Part shown: positions 53,443 to 64,000 of the stretch, in pieces
Numbering within the stretch: the first letter of the stretch is position 1
Layout of the letters: every line of letters begins with the position of its first letter
Assembly: GCA_000146045.2 (NCBI GenBank)
Contig: BK006942.2
Coordinates: forward strand, 32,001 to 96,000
DNA length: 64,000 bases
Origin: TPA_inf: Saccharomyces
Taxonomy: Eukaryota
Direction: 5' to 3'
The notes under the pieces: generated by a model
Databases searched by the model: none
The model's input: the letters and a program-made list of their open reading frames with translations, nothing else
Told to the model about the DNA's origin: nothing
Translations under genes and position numbers: made by a program

Positions 53443-55837
53443 GGCATATCCTATCGGAAAACAATACCCCCCAGTGGCAAGAGTCAATGAATCGTTTACA
53501 TTTCAAATTTCCAATGATACCTATAAATCGTCTGTAGACAAGACAGCTCAAATAACATACAATTGCTTCGACTTACCGAGCTGGCTTTCGTTTGACTCTA
53601 GTTCTAGAACGTTCTCAGGTGAACCTTCTTCTGACTTACTATCTGATGCGAACACCACGTTGTATTTCAATGTAATACTCGAGGGTACGGACTCTGCCGA
53701 CAGCACGTCTTTGAACAATACATACCAATTTGTTGTTACAAACCGTCCATCCATCTCGCTATCGTCAGATTTCAATCTATTGGCGTTGTTAAAAAACTAT
53801 GGTTATACTAACGGCAAAAACGCTCTGAAACTAGATCCTAATGAAGTCTTCAACGTGACTTTTGACCGTTCAATGTTCACTAACGAAGAATCCATTGTGT
53901 CGTATTACGGACGTTCTCAGTTGTATAATGCGCCGTTACCCAATTGGCTGTTCTTCGATTCTGGCGAGTTGAAGTTTACTGGGACGGCACCGGTGATAAA
54001 CTCGGCGATTGCTCCAGAAACAAGCTACAGTTTTGTCATCATCGCTACAGACATTGAAGGATTTTCTGCCGTTGAGGTAGAATTCGAATTAGTCATCGGG
54101 GCTCACCAGTTAACTACCTCTATTCAAAATAGTTTGATAATCAACGTTACTGACACAGGTAACGTTTCATATGACTTACCTCTAAACTATGTTTATCTCG
54201 ATGACGATCCTATTTCTTCTGATAAATTGGGTTCTATAAACTTATTGGATGCTCCAGACTGGGTGGCATTAGATAATGCTACCATTTCCGGGTCTGTCCC
54301 AGATGAATTACTCGGTAAGAACTCCAATCCTGCCAATTTTTCTGTGTCCATTTATGATACTTATGGTGATGTGATTTATTTCAACTTCGAAGTTGTCTCC
54401 ACAACGGATTTGTTTGCCATTAGTTCTCTTCCCAATATTAACGCTACAAGGGGTGAATGGTTCTCCTACTATTTTTTGCCTTCTCAGTTTACAGACTACG
54501 TGAATACAAACGTTTCATTAGAGTTTACTAATTCAAGCCAAGACCATGACTGGGTGAAATTCCAATCATCTAATTTAACATTAGCTGGAGAAGTGCCCAA
54601 GAATTTCGACAAGCTTTCATTAGGTTTGAAAGCGAACCAAGGTTCACAATCTCAAGAGCTATATTTTAACATCATTGGCATGGATTCAAAGATAACTCAC
54701 TCAAACCACAGTGCGAATGCAACGTCCACAAGAAGTTCTCACCACTCCACCTCAACAAGTTCTTACACATCTTCTACTTACACTGCAAAAATTTCTTCTA
54801 CCTCCGCTGCTGCTACTTCTTCTGCTCCAGCAGCGCTGCCAGCAGCCAATAAAACTTCATCTCACAATAAAAAAGCAGTAGCAATTGCGTGCGGTGTTGC
54901 TATCCCATTAGGCGTTATCCTAGTAGCTCTCATTTGCTTCCTAATATTCTGGAGACGCAGAAGGGAAAATCCAGACGATGAAAACTTACCGCATGCTATT
55001 AGTGGACCTGATTTGAATAATCCTGCAAATAAACCAAATCAAGAAAACGCTACACCTTTGAACAACCCCTTTGATGATGATGCTTCCTCGTACGATGATA
55101 CTTCAATAGCAAGAAGATTGGCTGCTTTGAACACTTTGAAATTGGATAACCACTCTGCCACTGAATCTGATATTTCCAGCGTGGATGAAAAGAGAGATTC
55201 TCTATCAGGTATGAATACATACAATGATCAGTTCCAATCCCAAAGTAAAGAAGAATTATTAGCAAAACCCCCAGTACAGCCTCCAGAGAGCCCGTTCTTT
55301 GACCCACAGAATAGGTCTTCTTCTGTGTATATGGATAGTGAACCAGCAGTAAATAAATCCTGGCGATATACTGGCAACCTGTCACCAGTCTCTGATATTG
55401 TCAGAGACAGTTACGGATCACAAAAAACTGTTGATACAGAAAAACTTTTCGATTTAGAAGCACCAGAGAAGGAAAAACGTACGTCAAGGGATGTCACTAT
55501 GTCTTCACTGGACCCTTGGAACAGCAATATTAGCCCTTCTCCCGTAAGAAAATCAGTAACACCATCACCATATAACGTAACGAAGCATCGTAACCGCCAC
55601 TTACAAAATATTCAAGACTCTCAAAGCGGTAAAAACGGAATCACTCCCACAACAATGTCAACTTCATCTTCTGACGATTTTGTTCCGGTTAAAGATGGTG
55701 AAAATTTTTGCTGGGTCCATAGCATGGAACCAGACAGAAGACCAAGTAAGAAAAGGTTAGTAGATTTTTCAAATAAGAGTAATGTCAATGTTGGTCAAGT
55801 TAAGGACATTCACGGACGCATCCCAGAAATGCTGTGA
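53366..55837 (+). CDS. AXL2: Type I membrane glycoprotein needed for axial budding, 823 aa
   Basis: True start at MTQLQISLLLTATISLLHLVVA (signal peptide). The track ORF starts 41 codons earlier. Extracellular domain rich in N-glycosylation sequons, Ser/Thr-rich stalk, TM AVAIACGVAIPLGVILVALICFLIFW followed by RRRR. Confidence 0.93.
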   Translation: MTQLQISLLLTATISLLHLVVATPYEAYPIGKQYPPVARVNESFTFQISNDTYKSSVDKTAQITYNCFDLPSWLSFDSSSRTFSGEPSSDLLSDANTTLYFNVILEGTDSADSTSLNNTYQFVVTNRPSISLSSDFNLLALLKNYGYTNGKNALKLDPNEVFNVTFDRSMFTNEESIVSYYGRSQLYNAPLPNWLFFDSGELKFTGTAPVINSAIAPETSYSFVIIATDIEGFSAVEVEFELVIGAHQLTTSIQNSLIINVTDTGNVSYDLPLNYVYLDDDPISSDKLGSINLLDAPDWVALDNATISGSVPDELLGKNSNPANFSVSIYDTYGDVIYFNFEVVSTTDLFAISSLPNINATRGEWFSYYFLPSQFTDYVNTNVSLEFTNSSQDHDWVKFQSSNLTLAGEVPKNFDKLSLGLKANQGSQSQELYFNIIGMDSKITHSNHSANATSTRSSHHSTSTSSYTSSTYTAKISSTSAAATSSAPAALPAANKTSSHNKKAVAIACGVAIPLGVILVALICFLIFWRRRRENPDDENLPHAISGPDLNNPANKPNQENATPLNNPFDDDASSYDDTSIARRLAALNTLKLDNHSATESDISSVDEKRDSLSGMNTYNDQFQSQSKEELLAKPPVQPPESPFFDPQNRSSSVYMDSEPAVNKSWRYTGNLSPVSDIVRDSYGSQKTVDTEKLFDLEAPEKEKRTSRDVTMSSLDPWNSNISPSPVRKSVTPSPYNVTKHRNRHLQNIQDSQSGKNGITPTTMSTSSSDDFVPVKDGENFCWVHSMEPDRRPSKKRLVDFSNKSNVNVGQVKDIHGRIPEML

Positions 55838-55978
55838 TTATACGCAACGATATTTTGCTTAATTTTATTTTCCTGTTTTATTTTTTATTAGTGGTTTACA
55901 GATACCCTATATTTTATTTAGTTTTTATACTTAGAGACATTTAATTTTAATTCCATTCTTCAAATTTCATTTTTGCAC

Positions 55979-56716
55979 TTAAAACAAAGATCCAAAAATG
56001 CTCTCGCCCTCTTCATATTGAGAATACACTCCATTCAAAATTTTGTCGTCACCGCTGATTAATTTTTCACTAAACTGATGAATAATCAAAGGCCCCACGT
56101 CAGAACCGACTAAAGAAGTGAGTTTTATTTTAGGAGGTTGAAAACCATTATTGTCTGGTAAATTTTCATCTTCTTGACATTTAACCCAGTTTGAATCCCT
56201 TTCAATTTCTGCTTTTTCCTCCAAACTATCGACCCTCCTGTTTCTGTCCAACTTATGTCCTAGTTCCAATTCGATCGCATTAATAACTGCTTCAAATGTT
56301 ATTGTGTCATCGTTGACTTTAGGTAATTTCTCCAAATGCATAATCAAACTATTTAAGGAAGATCGGAATTCGTCGAACACTTCAGTTTCCGTAATGATCT
56401 GATCGTCTTTATCCACATGTTGTAATTCACTAAAATCTAAAACGTATTTTTCAATGCATAAATCGTTCTTTTTATTAATAATGCAGATGGAAAATCTGTA
56501 AACGTGCGTTAATTTAGAAAGAACATCCAGTATAAGTTCTTCTATATAGTCAATTAAAGCAGGATGCCTATTAATGGGAACGAACTGCGGCAAGTTGAAT
56601 GACTGGTAAGTAGTGTAGTCGAATGACTGAGGTGGGTATACATTTCTATAAAATAAAATCAAATTAATGTAGCATTTTAAGTATACCCTCAGCCACTTCT
56701 CTACCCATCTATTCAT
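55979..56716 (-). CDS. REV7: DNA polymerase zeta accessory subunit (HORMA domain), 245 aa
   Basis: The full 245-aa sequence MNRWVEKWLRVYLKCYINLILFYRNVYPPQSF... matches Rev7. Confidence 0.93.
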   Translation of the reverse strand: MNRWVEKWLRVYLKCYINLILFYRNVYPPQSFDYTTYQSFNLPQFVPINRHPALIDYIEELILDVLSKLTHVYRFSICIINKKNDLCIEKYVLDFSELQHVDKDDQIITETEVFDEFRSSLNSLIMHLEKLPKVNDDTITFEAVINAIELELGHKLDRNRRVDSLEEKAEIERDSNWVKCQEDENLPDNNGFQPPKIKLTSLVGSDVGPLIIHQFSEKLISGDDKILNGVYSQYEEGESIFGSLF

Positions 56717-57229
56717 AAAGCTGACGCAACGATTACTATTTTTTTTTTCTTCTTGGATCTCAGTCGTCGCAAAAACGTATACCTTCTTTTTCCGACCTTT
56801 TTTTTAGCTTTCTGGAAAAGTTTATATTAGTTAAACAGGGTCTAGTCTTAGTGTGAAAGCTAGTGGTTTCGATTGACTGATATTAAGAAAGTGGAAATTA
56901 AATTAGTAGTGTAGACGTATATGCATATGTATTTCTCGCCTGTTTATGTTTCTACGTACTTTTGATTTATAGCAAGGGGAAAAGAAATACATACTATTTT
57001 TTGGTAAAGGTGAAAGCATAATGTAAAAGCTAGAATAAAATGGACGAAATAAAGAGAGGCTTAGTTCATCTTTTTTCCAAAAAGCACCCAATGATAATAA
57101 CTAAAATGAAAAGGATTTGCCATCTGTCAGCAACATCAGTTGTGTGAGCAATAATAAAATCATCACCTCCGTTGCCTTTAGCGCGTTTGTCGTTTGTATC
57201 TTCCGTAATTTTAGTCTTATCAATGGGAA

Positions 57230-57715
57230 TCATAAATTTTCCAATGAATTAGCAATTTCGTCCAATTCTTTTTGAGCTTCTTCATATTTGCTTTGGAATT
57301 CTTCGCACTTCTTTTCCCATTCATCTCTTTCTTCTTCCAAAGCAACGATCCTTCTACCCATTTGCTCAGAGTTCAAATCGGCCTCTTTCAGTTTATCCAT
57401 TGCTTCCTTCAGTTTGGCTTCACTGTCTTCTAGCTGTTGTTCTAGATCCTGGTTTTTCTTGGTGTAGTTCTCATTATTAGATCTCAAGTTATTGGAGTCT
57501 TCAGCCAATTGCTTTGTATCAGACAATTGACTCTCTAACTTCTCCACTTCACTGTCGAGTTGCTCGTTTTTAGCGGACAAAGATTTAATCTCGTTTTCTT
57601 TTTCAGTGTTAGATTGCTCTAATTCTTTGAGCTGTTCTCTCAGCTCCTCATATTTTTCTTGCCATGACTCAGATTCTAATTTTAAGCTATTCAATTTCTC
57701 TTTGATCTTCTCCAT
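57230..57715 (-). CDS. TPM2: Tropomyosin minor isoform, 161 aa
   Basis: Continuous heptad coiled coil (MEKIKEKLNSLKLESESWQEKYEELREQLKELEQ...). The 161-aa length distinguishes it from the 199-aa Tpm1. Confidence 0.93.
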   Translation of the reverse strand: MEKIKEKLNSLKLESESWQEKYEELREQLKELEQSNTEKENEIKSLSAKNEQLDSEVEKLESQLSDTKQLAEDSNNLRSNNENYTKKNQDLEQQLEDSEAKLKEAMDKLKEADLNSEQMGRRIVALEEERDEWEKKCEEFQSKYEEAQKELDEIANSLENL

Positions 57716-57947
57716 TTTGCTAATTGCTATTTTAGATGCTTTCTCAACCTCATGAGAAAAAAATTACTAGATTAATATTCCTTATGTTTACATTCTTTTA
57801 TACCAACCTATTATTGTTGAATCTACAGGTTTTTCGTAGTATATGACAATAATAACTCGAATTCTGCTAAGAGAACATCGTTTATAGTACTATTTTAGAA
57901 GACTACTAAATCTACGTACGATAGTGTGTTGAAATACTTGTAAAAAA

Positions 57948-60788
57948 TCAGACCAAGGAGGCCAAGTCTCTTCTTATAGTCTTTCTGGACTCTTCATCTT
58001 GCTGGACAGAGGCCCAGATGTCGTCCAAAGATAACAAGCTTTGACCCAACTTCTCTTTCTCCAAATTAATAAACTTTTCTATCTTCTGTGGCTCGTCTGC
58101 TACAAACATTTGAAAGATTATCAGGGAAATACTCCTTAACGCCTTGTGTAGATGATCCCCCGTGGTGGTACCTTTCCTTGTAGCCTTCCGTGCCCATTGG
58201 TCAAAATTGCCCATATACCACTCCCAGATCGTTTCACGAACGACTTGGTCTTGAGGTTTCTCGTTTTTGTTCAGCCTCTTCTTAAAGTTGTAATTAAATC
58301 CGAATAATGCCAGTTCCATCCCCTCTGACTCAATATTGGAAGTGATAAAATTCAAAGTTTTTTTCACGATATCAGAATCTAAACAGAATCCAAGAGATTC
58401 TATTGCACCGTTTTGAATCAACATGGCGGTTTCGCTACTGTTTTGGTCATACATATTAATGACATGGTTTGTGATACCAGTACAGGAACTGCGTTTCACC
58501 AAATCGAATATTTTCTTCCACTGCTTGATGTTTGCACAATGTTGCGATACGACGACAAGGATTGAGTTCACTAATTCTAACGGTACGCTCGAACGTGGGC
58601 CCTGTAATAGATGTTTAAAATAAATTTGACACAATTCAGCACATTTTGCGGAGTTTTTATTTAAAAACAAGACTTGAGACATGACTTTCAACTCGTGAGG
58701 GTTTGTGCTTTTATCAAATTCACCGTGGGGCCAATCAATCTTATTGAAAAGGGGAATGACAATTTTTTTCTTTAAGAAAGATTGTAATTTAGAGCTCGTT
58801 AAACTGGCACGATCGATCGTTTGCAGAACTTCCAACCCCTTGGAAAGAGGATCCCAATATTTTGATGCAATCTTTGTGGAAGGAGAAGCGATATGGTTTA
58901 GTATCTTAAAGAGACCGTGCAAATGAATAGAATTCTGGAAACCCTCATCTCCAATAAACTGCGACAAGTCTAAGAAAATCTTCCGAAGGTCAATCTCGGA
59001 TAACGTCTCCTCAGTTATTTTATCATTAATCAATGCATAGCACTCTTCGGACTCATATGAAACGCGGTAATAACCTTGGGCTAAATGGTTAATTACTAAG
59101 ATAGGATAATCGAACTTTAAGGTCCTATCCGTCAATAGTACATTTTTAGTATCCATTTTACCATCTGGCAGAACCCCGAATAAGGGTACCTGATATGGGA
59201 CATCTTCTAACTGATCCTTTTCTTCAGTAGATAATTGATTGATAAATCTGTGTTGAGTCAATTTTGTTTGCGTTTTCCCGTCTTTCTCTTCTACTTCGAC
59301 CTTAACGACAGGTAAGCCTGGCGTTCTTGTCCAAGATGAAACAAAGTTTGTAATATTTTGAGACTTCAAAAATTTTCCGATATGATTCCATATATCCATT
59401 GGTTTGACGCTTCTCGCATGAAATGTTTTAGTATCTTCAAATACACTTTCCAGGCCCTTTTGTAGATGAGATTCGCCTGTAGCCAATTGCAGGGACCTCA
59501 GCATGATAATACCCTTTGTGTATGCCTCAGGATCAAAAATATCGGAGGTTTGAGAATCTATGCCAGTGTTCCGTTGCGCAATCTGAAATATGCTTCTTCC
59601 ATTAACGTCAGCTGCATCTCTGCACATGGTCGGCTCCACTTGCTGTAGTAAATAAGGTTCCGAGGTCCAATAATGGGATAGGTCACCATTCTGTTCTAGT
59701 ATGTGGCAAGCTAACCAAGTAGCGAAAGACTCATTAAACCAAAGAGATTCCCACGAGTCAAAAGATATGTAGTTGCCCATCCATTGATGAACGAGTTCGT
59801 GGACAATGAGTTGCTGTGCTTGCTCTCTGACGGTTTCATTGGCCAAGGCATTTGGTGGTATGAGCAGGTGGTTTAGTTGGATGGTGATCATACCAAAGTT
59901 CTCCATTGCCATGTCACTTAAATATGGTAGTAGGACGAAATCTAACTTTGGCAGAGGGTATGGACATTTAAAATAGGATTCCAACAAAGGTAGATATTTC
60001 TGGACTGTATCTAAAGTGAAAGCTGCATTAGCAATATCCCAAGGTGCATAAATTGAAACGGGAATAGTCCTATCACCTTCCAACTTGATTTCCGTTTTCA
60101 AAAATTCTAAATCACCAATAGAAAAACCAAATACGGAAGTAGTCATCAAAGGTGTCTTGGCAAATTTCACCAAATGTTTTTGAGAACTATCCAAAGCTTC
60201 GACCATCTCTACAGGAGTATTGGAAACGGCTTTATATTGTGCATCCGTTGCAATGTTCAATTGAAAAGTGGACTTGTTTGAAGGCTCGTCAATACATGGG
60301 AAAATATTGCTAGCGGAAAACGGTTGGCAGTGAGTAGCAACGACGTGATTATTGGCAGTACCGGTTTTACGATCCATAAAATTGGTTTTGAAAATACCAA
60401 AAGTCTTATCATGATGTGTTTTTATGTCACGAATTTTACCCACGTATTGCACGGACAAAATCAGAGGGCAATCGTTGGACAATTGAATAGGAGATTCAGA
60501 GTTGAAAATCGACAAATGCTTTCCAGTGTCCTGAGAAATTTTTAGATCAAACTTAGTAGACCCTATGGTGGCATGTGCAGACAACACAATCAAATCCTTG
60601 GAATGTAACTTGAACTGGGTAAAACTGTCTTCGATAGAAGCTAAGGTGGTGGAGTTCGGATTGAATTTCAAATGGATTATGGCGGATCCTTTGAAATTGG
60701 GCGACGACTGCTTAGGGTCAATTTCTAGACGCAACTCATAGTGACTAGGCACCACCGGATTCTCTAAAGATAACAAATTATCAGACAT
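57948..60788 (-). CDS. TMA108: M1-family (aminopeptidase N-like) zinc metallopeptidase homologue associated with translation machinery, 946 aa
   Basis: Gluzincin HExxH-x18-E motif (HELVHQWMGN...WFNESFATW). GAMEN-like exopeptidase motif degenerate (MAMENFG). Length and position match YIL137C. Confidence 0.9.
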   Translation of the reverse strand: MSDNLLSLENPVVPSHYELRLEIDPKQSSPNFKGSAIIHLKFNPNSTTLASIEDSFTQFKLHSKDLIVLSAHATIGSTKFDLKISQDTGKHLSIFNSESPIQLSNDCPLILSVQYVGKIRDIKTHHDKTFGIFKTNFMDRKTGTANNHVVATHCQPFSASNIFPCIDEPSNKSTFQLNIATDAQYKAVSNTPVEMVEALDSSQKHLVKFAKTPLMTTSVFGFSIGDLEFLKTEIKLEGDRTIPVSIYAPWDIANAAFTLDTVQKYLPLLESYFKCPYPLPKLDFVLLPYLSDMAMENFGMITIQLNHLLIPPNALANETVREQAQQLIVHELVHQWMGNYISFDSWESLWFNESFATWLACHILEQNGDLSHYWTSEPYLLQQVEPTMCRDAADVNGRSIFQIAQRNTGIDSQTSDIFDPEAYTKGIIMLRSLQLATGESHLQKGLESVFEDTKTFHARSVKPMDIWNHIGKFLKSQNITNFVSSWTRTPGLPVVKVEVEEKDGKTQTKLTQHRFINQLSTEEKDQLEDVPYQVPLFGVLPDGKMDTKNVLLTDRTLKFDYPILVINHLAQGYYRVSYESEECYALINDKITEETLSEIDLRKIFLDLSQFIGDEGFQNSIHLHGLFKILNHIASPSTKIASKYWDPLSKGLEVLQTIDRASLTSSKLQSFLKKKIVIPLFNKIDWPHGEFDKSTNPHELKVMSQVLFLNKNSAKCAELCQIYFKHLLQGPRSSVPLELVNSILVVVSQHCANIKQWKKIFDLVKRSSCTGITNHVINMYDQNSSETAMLIQNGAIESLGFCLDSDIVKKTLNFITSNIESEGMELALFGFNYNFKKRLNKNEKPQDQVVRETIWEWYMGNFDQWARKATRKGTTTGDHLHKALRSISLIIFQMFVADEPQKIEKFINLEKEKLGQSLLSLDDIWASVQQDEESRKTIRRDLASLV

Positions 60789-61618
60789 GATGGTTAGTGA
60801 TGATCAACCTGGCGTTATATATCCTTTACACGTCTTCGGACCTTTTTTTTGTATAGCACATCCAGGAATGGTTTGACTGCAAAACTCGTTTTTCACTGAA
60901 AAATTACCGGCGAATTGTATAATAGAAAGGATCGATTTATACTAAAGAAAAGAAGGATTAATATACAAGACTACAACCAAGGGTGGTACCTCACTTGAAG
61001 GGGGTTCTCAAAGTACTCGAGAATTTTGATATTCTGTCCTGTGTGTGCTGAGCCGTTCCAGCCAGTCTTGTTCCAGAAATATGTTGACAAAATTGAAGTT
61101 CGTAAATATATATACATTTCATATAATAATTGACAAGCTGATACATACGGTGTGCGGACGGTTACATTAATGCAGGAATCTATAAATGCTATGGCCAGCT
61201 GGCGTCCTTCTGTTATGCAGATTTCTTAAAATAATTGGCATATTGGTGGTAAACATGAAATGTGAAGACGTTGCCCCTCGTCATAGGTAAGCGGTGGTCA
61301 TCACAACCATCAGCGGTGACAATAACACAGCAAACAGTCTTGTTTGACTCTCCTGCCTGCATGGTGTTTGAAAGTGAATCGTCAGGATTTGCAACAACCA
61401 ATAGTGTACTGCTATTCGCAGGAGCACAAGCTCGCCGGTGGCCCGTGTGGGTTAAGGGAGGAGTTTGTTGACCCTTATTTTGTCGAGTTCCTTGAAGAGG
61501 AGTATATATAAGGGGAAACGGTTCTTGCTAAAGTCCTGCTTCTTTGCCCTTTCTTGAAATAAAGGGTATTTTTGATTGGCCAGTAACGTTAATCATTTAA
61601 TAAAACAAGCAGATAAGG

Positions 61619-62800
61619 ATGTCATCAAGAATAATTGTCGGCAGTGCAGCATTGGCAGCTGCCATCACAGCTAGCATCATGGTCAGAGAACAGAAGGCCA
61701 AGGGTCAGAGAAGAGAGGGCAACGTCTCCGCTTACTACAACGGCCAGGAGTACGGCAGTTCAGCACCCCCACAGTTGGGAAAGCTACATAACATAAAGCA
61801 AGGCATAAAGGAAGATGCCTTGTCGTTAAAAGACGCGCTTCTGGGCGTATCTCAAAAGGCTAGGGAAGAGGCTCCAAAGGTAACTAAGCGTGTGATATCA
61901 CCGGAAGAGGATGCTCAGACACGCAAGCAGCTAGGCCAAAAAGCCAAGGATTCTTCCTCGCAAAGCATCTTCAATTGGGGGTTTAGTGAGGCTGAAAGAA
62001 GGAAAGCCATAGCCATCGGGGAATTTGATACTGCTAAGAAGCGTTTCGAAGAGGCAGTGGATCGTAATGAGAAGGAGCTCTTGTCCACGGTGATGAGAGA
62101 GAAGAAGGCCGCTCTGGACAGAGCATCCATTGAGTACGAAAGGTACGGGAGAGCCAGAGACTTTAATGAGCTTTCGGACAAGCTAGACCAACAGGAAAGG
62201 AACAGTAATCCTTTGAAACGCCTGTTGAAGAATAACACGGGTGACGCTAATACTGAAGAAGCCGCTGCAAGAAGTGTCCAAGGCTGGGGTGATACGGCAC
62301 AGGAGTTTGGTAGAGAAGAGTTGGAGGAAGCCAAGAGAAATGCTTCTTCAGAGCCAAGCGAGGCGCAAAAACGTCTTGACGAGCTGAAGAAGATCAAGGA
62401 AAAGGGCTGGTTTGGTTACAACAAAGGGGAGCAAAGCGAGCAACAGATTGCTGAACGGGTAGCCAGAGGTTTAGAAGGATGGGGTGAAACAGCCGCTCAA
62501 CTTTCCAAGGACGAAATGGACGATTTAAGATGGAATTATGAGAATTCAAAGAAACAACTGGATAAGAACGTGTCCGATGCCATGGACTCGTTATCTAAGG
62601 CGAAGGAGGACTTGAAACAGTACGGCAGCCACTGGTGGTCTGGATGGACTTCCAAGGTCGACAATGACAAGCAGGCTTTAAAAGATGAGGCCCAAAAGAA
62701 GTACGATGAAGCGTTGAAAAAGTACGATGAAGCCAAGAACAAATTCAAAGAATGGAATGATAAGGGTGATGGTAAATTCTGGAGCTCGAAAAAGGACTAG
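61619..62800 (+). CDS. OM45: Mitochondrial outer-membrane protein of 45 kDa, 393 aa
   Basis: N-terminal signal-anchor ([18 protein letters not shown]), rest hydrophilic with charged repeats. TATATAAGG about 110 bp upstream. Confidence 0.92.
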
Positions 62801-63064
62801 TTAGATAGCTAATTGTAAAGGGTTGGTTCCCGCATAACATATATACATATTCACATGTTTCTCATTTTTTATATTTGAAATCACATATGGTCTTTGCTGA
62901 TTATGGATTGGAAAACGGAGTAAATTAGTGGCATTATTGGGGTATACGTGCATACATAAAATACCGTTATATATCTATATATATGGAAAAAAGAGACTTA
63001 AATGAATTTTTAGAGTAGGAGAAGAAGGTTGAAGAAATGAACAATCGCGGCCCTTCAGTTTTCT

Positions 63065-64000
63065 TTATTTGGTTGTGTCTGGATTCATAGAGGTTATTGT
63101 AGAGTTTGAATTTGATTTTGAACTTGGATTCGAGTTTGTGAACGCAGGGCTATTTTTGATGTTATTATTAATAGTATTCTTGTGTTTATTAGTATTATTG
63201 TGATTATCGTTAACCATGTTGGCAATTGATGGTGGTTGTGCCAGTTGTGACTGCAATTTTTGCTTTAGATTGAGTTTATCTCTTTCAATCATAGTGTTGT
63301 CCTCCTCTTCGGAAGAAAACCCTTCACTGCCACTGGATTCCATATGGAATTTGGATTTAGGTTTCCCGATCATAATGTTGGCAGCACTGCCGGGCCTATT
63401 GCTGTTTCTTCTTGAACGGGCGCTCCCTGAAGGTGACCTTTGTTGTTTAAGTAAGTACTGTTGGTTCGATGGCGATCTTGATAGTGCGGCCCCCGTAGTG
63501 CTTCCAGCGCTGGTTCCCCCATTGGCATTGTTGATCGTTGTGTTAGAGTAACGTCTAGATATGATGAAAGGGTTGGTGAAGTTCATATGCTGAGGTGGTG
63601 ATGCCGAAGCTGATGGGGGGGAAGGCAAATGAGAAGGAGAATTCAAAAGGGACGACGAGAACGAGTAGTGACCTTGCATTGGGGGTCTTCTCAAGGGGTT
63701 CGCAGTTGATGATGTTGATGTCGCATTACTAACGTTGTTATTGTTGTCATCGGACAACATGTCAGCGTAGGAATAAAACCTTAGTAGTCTTGAACCATGG
63801 TCGTTGGGAGATCTTGGATGCGCAGGCGACGTTTCGTTATCAAAAGATTGTGACGAAAGACTTCTTGTCCTACCTAGGGCTCTATCCAGGCCGATGGTAG
63901 ATGGCCTTCTCGAATAAACCATATCAACGTCATCAAGGCCAGTCGTGTCGTCAGTTACAATAGAACAGCCAGCGTCTAATGCAGGAGGGACGAAATTCTC
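63065..64000 (-). CDS. VHS2: YIL135C, Ser/Asn-rich regulator; 3' part only, the ORF stays open to the window end
   Basis: The minus-strand frame has no stop between 63065 and 64000, so the gene extends past the window. Low-complexity S/N/T-rich sequence consistent with Vhs2 (436 aa in S288C). Confidence 0.75.
   Translation of the reverse strand, partial: ENFVPPALDAGCSIVTDDTTGLDDVDMVYSRRPSTIGLDRALGRTRSLSSQSFDNETSPAHPRSPNDHGSRLLRFYSYADMLSDDNNNNVSNATSTSSTANPLRRPPMQGHYSFSSSLLNSPSHLPSPPSASASPPQHMNFTNPFIISRRYSNTTINNANGGTSAGSTTGAALSRSPSNQQYLLKQQRSPSGSARSRRNSNRPGSAANIMIGKPKSKFHMESSGSEGFSSEEEDNTMIERDKLNLKQKLQSQLAQPPSIANMVNDNHNNTNKHKNTINNNIKNSPAFTNSNPSSKSNSNSTITSMNPDTTK

Overview
This window matches Saccharomyces cerevisiae chromosome IX, left arm, from SOA1 (YIL166C, partial) through VHS2 (YIL135C, partial). 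Gene order, orientation, protein lengths and spacing agree with the S288C reference (SUC2 lies at chromosome positions about 37.4-39.0 kb, so the window corresponds to roughly chrIX 32-96 kb). That is inference from recognised protein sequences and synteny, not a database search. Nearly the whole window is accounted for by about 30 well-known nuclear protein-coding genes in collinear order. I found no foreign insertion, Ty/LTR element, tRNA, rRNA or prokaryote-type system (CRISPR does not apply to a yeast chromosome). I do not see an undescribed system here. The hunt items below are reference-genome curiosities and regulatory sites readable from the sequence. The main ones are the NIT1 nitrilase split by an in-frame stop (YIL165C/YIL164C), a spliced 73-aa micro-gene (YIL156W-B) that the ORF track misses, and the RPL40A ubiquitin-L40 fusion gene with an 8-nt first exon and a GTATGC 5' splice site. 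The ORF track appears to accept GTG/TTG as starts; I corrected starts to the true ATG for YIL161W, MCM10, PAN6, AXL2 and SUC2.
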